A stretch of 64,000 bases of DNA from Promethearchaeota archaeon (GCA_004524535.1 SDNY01000003.1:7138-71137), one strand, 5' to 3'. Positions 21,128-31,689 are shown, counted from the first letter of the stretch. Numbers and translations are program-made. Notes: generated from the sequence alone by a model not told the origin.

Positions 21128-22411
21128 TTACATTAGAGTTTTCACAAAATTGCTAATTTCCTTCTTAATTGTTTGAATTGACATATATCTTGCATCTCCT
21201 ATATCCAAATCAATACTTAACAAAGGTATACCGAGCTCATCTCTTAGAGCTTCTCTTAATAATTGAATAACGCTAACACTTTGTTTGCATCCGATATGAG
21301 CCGTAAAAATTGCACAATCAGCTTTATATTCCTTTGAAAGGAAAACAAAATCATCAAGTAAATCATCAGAAAAAGTCGCACTCTGACGTACCATAGGATA
21401 ATTCATAGATTGCTTAGCTAATCCTTGGAATATTTTATCTACTCCTTTAGATGTATCGACTGGATCAAAAAAAAGATAATTAAAAATATCAAATAACATT
21501 GTCATGCCCAATTGACGATCCAACCACTCACAAAAGCCAATATCAAAAAATATGGACATATATGGCCATACTGTACGTATCTTTTCTTCTCCTTCATGTG
21601 CGCGTTCACCATTTTTTACTCTTTTTTTGGCAATTTCTAACACTTCCTTAAAGAATAAAACACGCTCTACTTGCCCAGGAATAAATGCCAAAACAGCAGT
21701 CATTAATGGACATAGCATTGATTCGATAGGATTTGGAACTGCCTTTTTTAATTCGTTTATTTCGGTAATATATTTCAAAGCCTCATTATTCAAATCAACA
21801 GCTTTACGTAATTTCTCATAATCTGGTTCTTGACCTATTTTTTTTCCAATTTCCTCAATTGTTATTTTTAATTCTTTTCCATAATACTTATAGCTTCTAT
21901 CATCACGATAATAAGGCATATCAGCTAAAATGAAGGGGATGTCTTTATTATAAAATTCTTTTATAATAGGATAACTCGCAACTGTATTATCACATGGACT
22001 CGTTGGACTACTAATGATATCAAAATGAAATAAACCATCCATTGTCATACCCATTGTACCCTTCTGAGAGGTGCATGTATGATATGGATGACCAAAGCTA
22101 TCAGCAATATCATAAAAGCTTTCTGCCCCTTCTGGTAATAAAGCCGAAAGAATATAAGGAATACCCTCAACAACTACAGGTACAAATTCGAAACAATGAA
22201 ATATTTCTGTAGGAAACGCAAAATGATGTGCTATTATTGGATAACCTTGTTCTGCATCGTCAATATATTTTTTTACTGCTGTTGTTATATGTTTTAAAAA
22301 AGATTTTAAGACAAGTAACTCTCCACTTGCCATTCCACCCTCAACAAGTTCTTTTGTTGTACAGAGTGCCTCATACAACATTTCATATGGGATAATTTTA
22401 TTAGTCGGCAT
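21128..22411 (-). CDS. 2-hydroxyacyl-CoA dehydratase / benzoyl-CoA reductase family subunit
   Basis: HTCTSQKG, SPCDN, HIGCKQ, IPLLSIDLDIGD. ATG start 9 nt inside the track ORF. Confidence 0.88.
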   Translation of the reverse strand: MPTNKIIPYEMLYEALCTTKELVEGGMASGELLVLKSFLKHITTAVKKYIDDAEQGYPIIAHHFAFPTEIFHCFEFVPVVVEGIPYILSALLPEGAESFYDIADSFGHPYHTCTSQKGTMGMTMDGLFHFDIISSPTSPCDNTVASYPIIKEFYNKDIPFILADMPYYRDDRSYKYYGKELKITIEEIGKKIGQEPDYEKLRKAVDLNNEALKYITEINELKKAVPNPIESMLCPLMTAVLAFIPGQVERVLFFKEVLEIAKKRVKNGERAHEGEEKIRTVWPYMSIFFDIGFCEWLDRQLGMTMLFDIFNYLFFDPVDTSKGVDKIFQGLAKQSMNYPMVRQSATFSDDLLDDFVFLSKEYKADCAIFTAHIGCKQSVSVIQLLREALRDELGIPLLSIDLDIGDARYMSIQTIKKEISNFVKTLM

Positions 22412-22430
22412 AAAAATCACATTCTTTAAA

Positions 22431-23570
22431 TTATTCTATTTGTTCAATAAACGCTTCACATCGCGTTTTAAAACGCCCTTTATCTCCTAAAAAGTAATCT
22501 CTATCTAAGGATAACATAGGCACATTAATTTTTTCAAGTTCATGCTCATACATCATACATTCGCATCCATTAAGGTCACAAAACTCAATTCGAGTTCCAA
22601 TAACACCGTCTATTTTACTTACTTTTATCTGTTCTTGTAAAAATTTATACCTTCTATCATGGTCATCCATCATTCGAGGGCAGGAAAGTTTATAATAATA
22701 TTTCTTTGTTATAGCATCAAGAGGATTCCCAGTTTCTTCGGTTAAATCCCAAAAATTTCTTAGTCCAAAACATAATAGATCCGAAACCACCAGTCCTCCA
22801 ACATCTTCAATTATTTTAATAAATTCCGGATCATCTATTATACTTCCTGTTAGTAAAATCCTCGCACGATAATCTGAGATACCATCCTTGTTTTTTAATT
22901 GAGCTAAATATGATTTTAACTCCTGATTAACAATCTCCTTTGGAATTGAACTATAAGCAATGTTAATTTTTACAAAATCTTCACCATTTAATTTTGGCTT
23001 TTCTAAGGCTCGTAATTGTTGGATTTCCTTTAAAATTCTTCTCCCTTCGTTTAAAACCTTAATAGAATTGTTTAAATCTTCATTTGTTATCTTTATTTTA
23101 AAATATTTTTCTAAATCTGATTTAAAAAATTCAAATTCCTCCTTTAACCAAGAAAAACCACGGTCTGTTAGAATATGTGGCACAGATAAAAAATATAATG
23201 GAAAATTATTGTCAATACCATCAATTTGGCCGATAATTTTGTGCTTCCATATATCGAACATTCTCCGAGCGTGGTCACAACTGTTCATACATATTAACCC
23301 GTCAAGAAAATTATACTTTCCTTCCATAGCTAAATCTAAAGTTGCTCTAACAAATGAACAATTAAATTTTGATAAAATTGTATCAGCACGCGAAGTCCCT
23401 TCTGCTTCTGTCCCCCTCATTCTATAACCCATTAATCCTCCCGCATGAATAATTTCTTCAGGCACGTATGTACAATAATAACCTAAAATCTTTTTATTCT
23501 GTTTTTTCCATTCCTCTATATATGGATTGGAAAGGGTTTCTGTACTTTTAAATAAATTTTCAATCGTCAT
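22431..23570 (-). CDS. 2-hydroxyacyl-CoA dehydratase / benzoyl-CoA reductase family subunit (HgdB/BcrC/BzdN-like)
   Basis: GYYCTYVPEEII, CSFVR, NSCDHARR, LSCPRM, EFCDLNG, RFKTRCEAFIE. ATG at 23570. Confidence 0.9.
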   Translation of the reverse strand: MTIENLFKSTETLSNPYIEEWKKQNKKILGYYCTYVPEEIIHAGGLMGYRMRGTEAEGTSRADTILSKFNCSFVRATLDLAMEGKYNFLDGLICMNSCDHARRMFDIWKHKIIGQIDGIDNNFPLYFLSVPHILTDRGFSWLKEEFEFFKSDLEKYFKIKITNEDLNNSIKVLNEGRRILKEIQQLRALEKPKLNGEDFVKINIAYSSIPKEIVNQELKSYLAQLKNKDGISDYRARILLTGSIIDDPEFIKIIEDVGGLVVSDLLCFGLRNFWDLTEETGNPLDAITKKYYYKLSCPRMMDDHDRRYKFLQEQIKVSKIDGVIGTRIEFCDLNGCECMMYEHELEKINVPMLSLDRDYFLGDKGRFKTRCEAFIEQIE

Positions 23571-23571
23571 T

Positions 23572-24036
23572 TTATTCCTTTTTGAAACTTGGATGAGTTC
23601 CAATTGAGAGTAATTTAATTATCTTAATTGCGGCTCCTAAAGAACCCTTGATTTTAATCTTATGTTTAAGCACATGTCCAAATATCACTTTCATTAATCC
23701 AGAAAGATTATTTTTCATTCTCATCATTTTAATAATGTCAGGAATTAGGTTTTCTTTCTCTGAAGTTAAAATAACAGTTGCAACTGAGTTGTCAGAGGGC
23801 CCCATATGAGGAATAAGACGACTCTTTGAAAGAGTTAAAGTTATATATGTATCAAGAGCTTCAAAATATAATTCTACTTCTTGACCTTCTCTTTTTCCCA
23901 CTTTATCTAATGATTTAATATCTAAACCAAAAATATCTACACTCATTTGAAAAAGTCTTCCTATAGTAGCTGCTATTGTCTGATTTCTTAATTTTTGTGC
24001 TCGTTCTGCTCGTGTCAATTTTAAAATGTTAATCAA
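23572..24036 (-). CDS. SCP2-like lipid-binding domain protein
   Basis: Ends KHKIKIKGSLGAAIKIIKLL, the SCP2 pattern (l.i.G....a..l); first gene of the dehydratase cluster. Confidence 0.55.
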   Translation of the reverse strand: MINILKLTRAERAQKLRNQTIAATIGRLFQMSVDIFGLDIKSLDKVGKREGQEVELYFEALDTYITLTLSKSRLIPHMGPSDNSVATVILTSEKENLIPDIIKMMRMKNNLSGLMKVIFGHVLKHKIKIKGSLGAAIKIIKLLSIGTHPSFKKE

Positions 24037-24140
24037 CTATTATAGTATTTATAATAATAATTATTTGAATTATAATCAATAAAATCTTTGTTTTGATGAT
24101 AAATAAATATTAATTTACCTTCTTTTTTCAATGATCAATT

Positions 24141-25403
24141 TTAATCACGATTAATTAACCTTGGAAAATCACGTAAAAACTGCATACTGAAGCAGTAATA
24201 ACAGTATAGGCCAAGTGTTGGAGGATCTACTCCATAATGAGGGAATCCCAAAGATTTGTACATATCGTACTTTTCCAACATTTCATGGTGTTTTACTCCT
24301 AACCGGAGATACCATTCAGTGTCGGGGGGATCCTTTTCTTTAAAGCCACCAACTAAAGGGTAAGGCGTCCAAATGGTAAACGAGGGCACTATATCTCTCT
24401 TAAGAAGAAATTCAAATGCGGTTAAATATGCGTTAAATGAATCTTCTTGCGTTAAGAAACCTTGCTTAGGAGCGCACTCAAATCCCGCTACAAAGCTACA
24501 ACTTACATGCCCCCTTCCGAAGATATCTACCGCATCTTTAAGTCGCTTAATCCACTCTTCCCGCCCAATTGCTTTTGACTTACCTGGAAGAAGTTTTGGC
24601 CAGAGCTGTTCATTCCAAACTTCCAGATTAAAGATTACATTCGTTGCCCCCATCTCTTTTAAATCCATCTGATCTTCCTTATCAAATGCCTGTGAGAAGA
24701 TTGTAATCTCCTCAGGCGGATCAATACGCTCAAGAATCGCCGAAAGGCAACTTTTATAGTATTCTGCCTCCTTTTTGGTGTTATAGAGTGCTCCGCCGGA
24801 GAGCTTCAGGTCTCTGAGCTTAACATCCTCTTTACAAGCAATCTCAACAGCTTCAGCAATGATCTTATGATCAGGTATCGGTTTCATTATTTTCCGCTGT
24901 ATTGCAATATCCATTGCTGGGGAGAGGATACAATATTTACATGCATCGTCTTTTTTAAGATATGCGCAAAAGTCAAGAGGGCTCACAAGGAGGCAGAATG
25001 AACCTCTCTGCATTAAAAGAAACTGGCATTCCTGTCCATCCGATGTGTTTTTATCTGCGTATTTAGGGCGCCTTGTAAATCTAACCCTTCCAAAATCCCT
25101 GTCCCCGGCACAAAGATGGTATTCTTTACTGCTAAGCTCTTTTATCTCATAGGGGCTTTTTTTATTTACTTTTATATCCACTGTTGTTTCATCTGACTTG
25201 AAATGAAACTGGCTGGGTGGTAAATCTTTTTGGTTCAGTATATGATATTGAAGTTTTGTAGCGATTCCTGTTTGACACGATTCTTTACCTGCTCTTTTCA
25301 GATCATCGTTTAATTTAATACCTCTTCTTAAGATATCGGCATGTAGAATGATGTTCTGAGGTATATTCTGAAAGTCTTTTAATAATTTTTCAATATATTT
25401 CAT
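24141..25403 (-). CDS. Radical SAM protein with a CX8CX2C motif
   Basis: FCAYLKKDDACKYC, LSGG, NLEVW. Confidence 0.85.
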   Translation of the reverse strand: MKYIEKLLKDFQNIPQNIILHADILRRGIKLNDDLKRAGKESCQTGIATKLQYHILNQKDLPPSQFHFKSDETTVDIKVNKKSPYEIKELSSKEYHLCAGDRDFGRVRFTRRPKYADKNTSDGQECQFLLMQRGSFCLLVSPLDFCAYLKKDDACKYCILSPAMDIAIQRKIMKPIPDHKIIAEAVEIACKEDVKLRDLKLSGGALYNTKKEAEYYKSCLSAILERIDPPEEITIFSQAFDKEDQMDLKEMGATNVIFNLEVWNEQLWPKLLPGKSKAIGREEWIKRLKDAVDIFGRGHVSCSFVAGFECAPKQGFLTQEDSFNAYLTAFEFLLKRDIVPSFTIWTPYPLVGGFKEKDPPDTEWYLRLGVKHHEMLEKYDMYKSLGFPHYGVDPPTLGLYCYYCFSMQFLRDFPRLINRD

Positions 25404-25764
25404 TTTCCACCTAATAATATATTTTATTTTCTTAGAAGCTTAAAATAAAAAACTCTAATTATATATAACTTTTATATAAAAAATTGAAATTTTTCACTTA
25501 ATATTATAATCCTTAACTGAGTTTTTAAAGTTTTTGTCTATTTAAGGGACAAATCTTTTTATATATATTTCAGAATTTTATGATAGGGAAGTTTGGGTAA
25601 AATTCTTGAATATTTTACAAAAAAAAATCTAAAAAATATTGAATTTTTTTTTTTTTGAAATCATTTAAAAATGCCCAAATTAAATAAATAGAAATTATAA
25701 TTAAATTTATTAACAACAAATCTAAAATTAATAATATTAACTACAAATTCTTTTAAATTAGAAA

Positions 25765-26679
25765 ATGATAGAAATTGATCCATTTGGAATTTTTAACTTT
25801 AAGGTTACTGAAAAAAATATTTATAAGCAGTTAATTCAATTAACAAAGGTTTCTCCTCAAAAATATAATAAAATTAATGTATCTGATTTAGTTCAGATGT
25901 CAAAATATTCAAAACCTAAAGTTTATGAGGCTATTAAAAAATTAGAAGAATATAATTTAATACAAATAATTGGATATCGACCTATGGTCATTGAAGTATA
26001 TGATCCGAAATACGCCATTGAAAAAATGATTTCTGATAGAACGGGGATTTTAGAAAAAGCAGGAGAAAAAATGATAGATGATTTATACTCTTTACCTCAT
26101 ATTGAACCAAAATATCCATTGCGCGATACAATTCCATTTAGCTTTTTCACTAGAATAGATGTTTATTTTTCGCGTTTAGAATATTTACTTGAACATGCTG
26201 AGAAAAAAGTAATAATAATTTGTGGATTTTTAATTAAAAATGAGGAGATTATTTTAAAAGAATATTTAAATAAGATTTTTACTAAAAAACCCTCATTAGA
26301 AATACGAATATTATATGGAGGTTCATTTTATGATATTCAAAAGGAAGAAGATAAGAGATTTCGATCTTTTTTCAAAAAAAATGTGATAGATCCGAATAAA
26401 CAGATTTTAGATAAATTTACTGAAAATTGTTTTATTGATGGGGCGATAGTTAATGCGCCTCTAAGGTATTCGATAATTGATGACTCGGAAGTCCTAATGG
26501 CTTTAAAAAATGATGATAAAAAGGATAATAGAATTGGCTTAACTGATGTTTCCGGATTCCGGACATCCAATAAATCATTTATTCGCTTTCTGTCTGATAC
26601 TTATATTATGTTAAAAAAAATTTTTATTGATGTAATAAGAAGGGCTGAAGATATGAATAAATTCATTCCTTTTGACTGA
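25765..26679 (+). CDS. TrmB family transcriptional regulator
   Basis: N-terminal wHTH (VSDLVQMSKYSKPKVYEAIKKLEEYNLI...P), then a PLD-like effector domain (RYSIIDDSEVL). Confidence 0.85.
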   Translation: MIEIDPFGIFNFKVTEKNIYKQLIQLTKVSPQKYNKINVSDLVQMSKYSKPKVYEAIKKLEEYNLIQIIGYRPMVIEVYDPKYAIEKMISDRTGILEKAGEKMIDDLYSLPHIEPKYPLRDTIPFSFFTRIDVYFSRLEYLLEHAEKKVIIICGFLIKNEEIILKEYLNKIFTKKPSLEIRILYGGSFYDIQKEEDKRFRSFFKKNVIDPNKQILDKFTENCFIDGAIVNAPLRYSIIDDSEVLMALKNDDKKDNRIGLTDVSGFRTSNKSFIRFLSDTYIMLKKIFIDVIRRAEDMNKFIPFD

Positions 26680-26722
26680 TCTGGTAAAAATATGATTTTT
26701 TTCTATTTTATTAAACACTTGC

Positions 26723-27004
26723 TTATACTTTATTTATTTCCTGTTTTTCTAAATTTTGGCGATTTGATTTTATTTCTTTAAAGCAGTTAAACATTCCATA
26801 TCCATTTAAAAATACATAACAAAGATTGATAAAAGCAAGACTCAAAACTCCAATGGAAAAACTAAAGATTGTGATAAGAATTGCAATAATGATTGATAAA
26901 ATAAATCCTATTACCCTAAAACTGGGTTTGCTTGCTTTTTTACCAATGAAAAAATAAAAAGCAATAAACGACAAGATGATAAATACCCATTCTATTACTT
27001 CCAT
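26723..27004 (-). CDS. Small three-TM membrane protein
   Basis: 93 aa with three hydrophobic segments, ends VFLNGYGMFN. Confidence 0.55.
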   Translation of the reverse strand: MEVIEWVFIILSFIAFYFFIGKKASKPSFRVIGFILSIIIAILITIFSFSIGVLSLAFINLCYVFLNGYGMFNCFKEIKSNRQNLEKQEINKV

Positions 27005-27080
27005 ATTATTTAAACCTCATAATAATTCTTTTTCTACTAAATTGCTTAAATTTTAAAAAATTTATTAGATATTTTAAGAT

Positions 27081-27128
27081 TTATAATTCTAAGAAATTTT
27101 TCAATTTTGATATTTGATGAGGATTCAT
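27081..27128 (-). repeat. trpG/pabA 3'-end relic
   Basis: MNPHQISKLKNFLEL*; same codon count as the consensus MKPHGMQILKNFLEL*. Confidence 0.8.
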
Positions 27129-27204
27129 TTCATTATTGCATAAATTTCTTTAGCAAGTGCCAATTTATATAATTACAACTAAAGTAAAAATTAAGACATC
27201 TAAA

Positions 27205-28353
27205 ATGCCGGATATAATAATATTATCGGGATATAGAAGCGATTGGTTAGAAATTAAAAGAATTGAACAAGCCTCAGAGGATTTAGGATACTCACATCAA
27301 ATATTTTCTGTGGAGGATATTGGTTGGGCTTTGCTGAATCCTATAAAGAGTTATAAAAAAGACTCAGCTATTATTAACCGAATAGGCTTAATGTCTCAAG
27401 TAAATTATATTCAACCAATGATAACATTCAATGGGTATGAATTATTTAATAATCCCTCCGTTACAAATATATGTGATAATAAAACACTGACTACTGCATG
27501 CTTTGAAGCAGCAGGGATTCAGTCAACACCAACAATCTGGATTCCTATCACAAATCATCCAAGATTGAAAGTTAGGGAGATTAGAAAATCAATTGTAGAT
27601 ACAATTGAAAGCCAGTTTGAATATCCCGTTGTAATTAAACCAACTGGGGGGGGTCGAGGCTGGAAGGTAACATTTCTTAAAAACCGGGAAGAATTAGATG
27701 AATATTTATTTAATGATGAGAGAATCCTTGCAAATCCATGGGGGTTATATGTTCAACAATATAAATCTCATATTGCTGATATTAGAGTCGTCGTTGGTAA
27801 AAAGAAAGGCTCGCCTTTAGAAATCTTTGCCGCATTATTTAGAATACCCATGAAGGAATGTATTGTGGCAAACACCTCTCAAGGTAACCCTTCAGTTAAA
27901 TTCGAAATCTCCGATAGAATAAAATCTTTCTCATTTAAAATGTGCCAGTCTGTGTTGGACGGTGCCACTAAATTGGATGGGGTTAAAGATCGGGGCATTC
28001 TTTTAGGGATTGATATATTAGTTAATTCCGATGATATAGATCTAAGAAATAATATAAGAGATCTTGGAAACCAACTAAAAAGTTCGGAAGAATTCAAATT
28101 GACTCACATGAAAAAACGATTTAAAGTAGATTTTGAAGACAAAGATAAAAAATTCCATTCAGATATGGATAGGTATATGAACTTAGAGATCTATCATGAA
28201 ATAAAAGAGTTGCTTATTGATGGAACTAGCAAGGCAAATCTTTTTGCGAGTGAAGCTAATGCTACAATTGATTTTGGGGATCTAACACATGTATTTAGCG
28301 AAGGTAAAGTAGCTCGTGGAATTGTGGAATGTGCTGTTAGCAATTTAGAATAA
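27205..28353 (+). CDS. RimK/LysX/ArgX-type ATP-grasp ligase with a long C-terminal insertion
   Basis: CDNKTLT, PVVIKPTGGGRG, YVQQY, DIRVVV, GIDIL...SEAN. In an operon with lysZ and lysW. Confidence 0.85.
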   Translation: MPDIIILSGYRSDWLEIKRIEQASEDLGYSHQIFSVEDIGWALLNPIKSYKKDSAIINRIGLMSQVNYIQPMITFNGYELFNNPSVTNICDNKTLTTACFEAAGIQSTPTIWIPITNHPRLKVREIRKSIVDTIESQFEYPVVIKPTGGGRGWKVTFLKNREELDEYLFNDERILANPWGLYVQQYKSHIADIRVVVGKKKGSPLEIFAALFRIPMKECIVANTSQGNPSVKFEISDRIKSFSFKMCQSVLDGATKLDGVKDRGILLGIDILVNSDDIDLRNNIRDLGNQLKSSEEFKLTHMKKRFKVDFEDKDKKFHSDMDRYMNLEIYHEIKELLIDGTSKANLFASEANATIDFGDLTHVFSEGKVARGIVECAVSNLE

Positions 28354-28374
28354 TAAAACAGGAAGTTAAGAAAG

Positions 28375-29184
28375 ATGTCAGAAAAGATTGTTATTAAAGT
28401 GGGTGGAGATTTAGTAAAGGAAAATTTAGATTTTCTAATCTCAGATTTAGTAAAATTAAATGCTGAAAACAAGAAAATAATTTTATGTCATGCGGGAGCC
28501 GATGTAATTACAACAGTGGCTGAAAAGATGGGTAAACCCCAGATTTTTACTCACTCTACCAAAGGTTATAAAGCTCGTTATGTAGACGAGGAAACCAGAG
28601 ATATTTATATTATGGTGGTTGCGGGCCTAAATAATAAACGCCTTGTAAAAGAAATGCTTGCTAAGGATCTCCCAGCTGTTGGGATATCGGGAGTAGATGG
28701 GGGACTAATATTAGCTGAAAGATTTAAGAAAGCAATGGTTATTTTGAATGGGAAAAGAAAGCTTAAGGATAATTACACGGGGAAACCAACCAAAGTAAAT
28801 ACCAAATTAATCGAAACTCTCTGGGAGAAAAATTATATTCCAGTTATAGCTTCTGTTGCTATCAGCGAAGATAATGAGATTATTGGCGGTGATAGTGATA
28901 GGATGTCTGATGCAATCGCAGTGGCGACTAAAGCAGATAAACTCATACTTTTAACAGATGTTGATGGAGTTTTAGATAAAAATAAGAACCTTATTAATCA
29001 TATAAATAGGCAAAATTCTGAATTAATCCTTGAAAATGTGAGTGGAGGTATGAAAACCAAGGTTATTGTTGCCCTAAAATCTGCCAGTGAAGGTATTAAA
29101 CAAGTTATTATCGCTTCTGGGTTACGAGAGAATCCAATTATCAAAGCTCTTAATAATGAGAATTGTACCATTATAACTGATTAA
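28375..29184 (+). CDS. lysZ: [LysW]-aminoadipate/[LysW]-glutamate kinase (ArgB/LysZ family)
   Basis: IVIKVGG, SGVDGG, IPVIASVA, LLTDVDGV, GGMKTKV. Confidence 0.88.
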   Translation: MSEKIVIKVGGDLVKENLDFLISDLVKLNAENKKIILCHAGADVITTVAEKMGKPQIFTHSTKGYKARYVDEETRDIYIMVVAGLNNKRLVKEMLAKDLPAVGISGVDGGLILAERFKKAMVILNGKRKLKDNYTGKPTKVNTKLIETLWEKNYIPVIASVAISEDNEIIGGDSDRMSDAIAVATKADKLILLTDVDGVLDKNKNLINHINRQNSELILENVSGGMKTKVIVALKSASEGIKQVIIASGLRENPIIKALNNENCTIITD

Positions 29185-29258
29185 CTTTAATTTGCGCCAA
29201 AAAATAAAAATAGTATCTAAAATTTAATTTATTATTATAATTAATAACGGTGATATAT

Positions 29259-29474
29259 ATGGCTGAAAAAATTTATGAGTCTACAAAAAAAGAAGGTGGT
29301 AAGTTTAAATTGGAATGTTCCGAATGCTACTTTGAAAATCTGATTGAAGATCCAGAAGTAGACGATGTTATTGAATGTCAGGATTGTGGGTCTCCCTTCA
29401 CTATTGTAGATGTCTCTGACGATAAAATCAAGTTCAAAGCTGTCGTCTTTGACGAAGAAGAATGGAGAGAGTAA
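29259..29474 (+). CDS. lysW: LysW amino-group carrier protein with variant C-terminus
   Basis: CSEC...CQDCG Zn ribbon, acidic, ends EEEWRE. GGTGA + 5 nt + ATG 29259. Confidence 0.85.
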   Translation: MAEKIYESTKKEGGKFKLECSECYFENLIEDPEVDDVIECQDCGSPFTIVDVSDDKIKFKAVVFDEEEWRE

Positions 29475-29536
29475 TTTAAAGTCCATGGATTATCTCTTCC
29501 TACGCGCTTTTTTTGTGTTGCCCAACTAGACTGTGA

Positions 29537-29594
29537 TAATTCTAAAAAATTTTTCAACATTTAGCTTCATTTTTATTGATTCAGCATGGAAATG
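29537..29594 (-). repeat. trpG/pabA 3'-end relic with internal deletion
   Basis: HFHAESIKMK / MLKNFLEL in two frames. Confidence 0.8.
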
Positions 29595-29714
29595 GTAATA
29601 CAATAGATTATATTCGTTAAAATTTGACAAGAATGTAAGAGTAATACTAAATTATAAAAAAGTATGAAAAATAAGTTTAATTAATCACAATTAGTAAAAT
29701 TTAATTTTATCATT

Positions 29715-30308
29715 ATGTCAGATTTAGTTGTAAAATCAATTGGAATCGTAAAGAATAAGGCGAATAAAGAAGTTTTAAAATATTCAAATAAAGATATAAA
29801 ATTAGATCTTGATACGGCATTAAATCAAGGTAGTGATTTAATAAAATCCAAGATTTTAATAAAAGAGGAATATATTGATTGTTTGGATGGAATTGAAGAT
29901 TTTTCTCACATCCTTGTATTTTTTTGGACCAATAAAGTTCCAGAGAAAGCTCGCCAACTCAAGAAAGTACACCCCGCAGGATTAAGGAAAATGCCAATTA
30001 AAGGAATTTTTGCTACTAGATCACCAGTGAGACCTAATCCAATTGGTATAACGACAGTCAAATTAATCGAAAGGAAAGCTAACATGTTAATTGTCGAGGG
30101 ATTAGATGCTATAGACAACACACCTGTAATTGATATAAAACCACATATGCCCTTTTATGATTCTCCAGTTAATGTTAAACTAGCAGATTGGCTATATAAA
30201 GTAATGGATGAATTAAAAAAATTGACTCAAAACTCTGATCTGGACGACTCATCAAATCCATATTCATTTGATATCCGTTCTCATCCTTGTATTGATACCA
30301 GAGGATAG
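29715..30308 (+). CDS. tsaA: tRNA m6t6A37 methyltransferase TrmO/TsaA family
   Basis: GIEDFSHILVFF, GIFATRSPVRPNPIG, LDAIDNTPVIDIKP. Confidence 0.9.
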   Translation: MSDLVVKSIGIVKNKANKEVLKYSNKDIKLDLDTALNQGSDLIKSKILIKEEYIDCLDGIEDFSHILVFFWTNKVPEKARQLKKVHPAGLRKMPIKGIFATRSPVRPNPIGITTVKLIERKANMLIVEGLDAIDNTPVIDIKPHMPFYDSPVNVKLADWLYKVMDELKKLTQNSDLDDSSNPYSFDIRSHPCIDTRG

Positions 30309-30480
30309 AAATTTTAAAAGCTAATATCCTAATATTATATATATTCCTTTATTATTTATAGATTCTAACACTCGATTTAGCTCTAATTCAGTCATCTTTA
30401 TTATTTTTAAAAAGTATAAAATTAAATATATTAGAATTGATATTAAAATACCAAATAAATTAATTAAATAATGGTTTTTT

Positions 30481-31689
30481 ATGCCTTATAAAGGGGGTTT
30501 TTTGCCTGGGAGATATCCCATAAAAGATTTACGCCGGTCTCGCATTATTAAGATAGCCCCTGATGTTTGGGAGATTGAGGGGTACCTTTCTAACAACTTT
30601 TTCTTAAAGCCACCAACTTGTAATATTTATGTTTTACGGGATGAAGATATGGTTTTATTACTTGATACTGGAACATATCCATATTATAGAAATATAATAT
30701 TGAAAATTCTTGAAAAGTTTAGAAAAGAAGGGGCAAAGGAACTTGTTTTATTACAAGGTCATGGCCATTTCGACCATGTGGCAAATAATGATGTAATTTA
30801 TGAAACTAAATATGAAAAAATCCGTTTCCTCCTTCCGAAAATTGAATTGAGTACAATAGACCTATCCTATCATTGGACACATGATTTTTATGATCGGGAA
30901 GCCTATTATGATCCATATGATTTAGTCCCCCTAAAAATCACGGGTGTCCTCAAAATCTCTAATAGATTTTCCAGAAGATTAGCACGATTTGTTTTGGATA
31001 AATTAATTAAGTTTTATTTCAGAGGGATTAAAACTATGACGGAAAAAGCAGAATTACTTACGAATGAAAACCAAATAAAAAAGACTTATGGTGACGTTGA
31101 ATTTTTTGGTTGGGAGATTGGACGCTTTTTCGCAATTCATGATGGAACACATACACCCGGACATATTTCTCTTTATGATCCTAAAAATAAACTCTTTCTT
31201 ACAGGAGATGCAACTGTAGAAATTAATCCTGCGTTCTTTAATAGTAATTTAAATAACTGTATTGAAATGATGGGCAAGTTCAGATCTTTCGCAGAACAAG
31301 GATTTGTAGAAATTGCAAATGACAGTCACAGAAGTGCTATTTGGGCAAAAGAACTTTCAGAGAAATATAAATACAAACCATTAGATCCTATACAATTAGT
31401 TGATATTGCTAGAGGTAAGGAGGAATGTGTAAGATTTTTCCATACTTATGAAAGATACTTTATCGCAATTAAACAGGTTGTCTTAAAGATTTTAAAAAAG
31501 TTAGGGAGCGCAACTGTGTCTGATATCGTAGAACAGATCAAATATTCAAATCATCCTGCGGTGAAAATGAAAGTTGCATTAAAATTCCCTAATATTCCTT
31601 CCCGGTTAGACGTATTAGTTGCTTGTGTTCTAAAAGAAAACAAGATTCCTCATAAGAAAATTGGTAAAAAAATTGTTTATTCTTTATAA
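30481..31689 (+). CDS. Metallo-beta-lactamase fold hydrolase
   Basis: LLDTG, HGHFDH, HTPGH, LTGDA. Confidence 0.88.
   Translation: MPYKGGFLPGRYPIKDLRRSRIIKIAPDVWEIEGYLSNNFFLKPPTCNIYVLRDEDMVLLLDTGTYPYYRNIILKILEKFRKEGAKELVLLQGHGHFDHVANNDVIYETKYEKIRFLLPKIELSTIDLSYHWTHDFYDREAYYDPYDLVPLKITGVLKISNRFSRRLARFVLDKLIKFYFRGIKTMTEKAELLTNENQIKKTYGDVEFFGWEIGRFFAIHDGTHTPGHISLYDPKNKLFLTGDATVEINPAFFNSNLNNCIEMMGKFRSFAEQGFVEIANDSHRSAIWAKELSEKYKYKPLDPIQLVDIARGKEECVRFFHTYERYFIAIKQVVLKILKKLGSATVSDIVEQIKYSNHPAVKMKVALKFPNIPSRLDVLVACVLKENKIPHKKIGKKIVYSL

Noticed and set aside
29378-29560. 60 aa minus-strand ORF starting MLKNFLEL
   Set aside because: It starts inside a relic and runs antisense to lysW.
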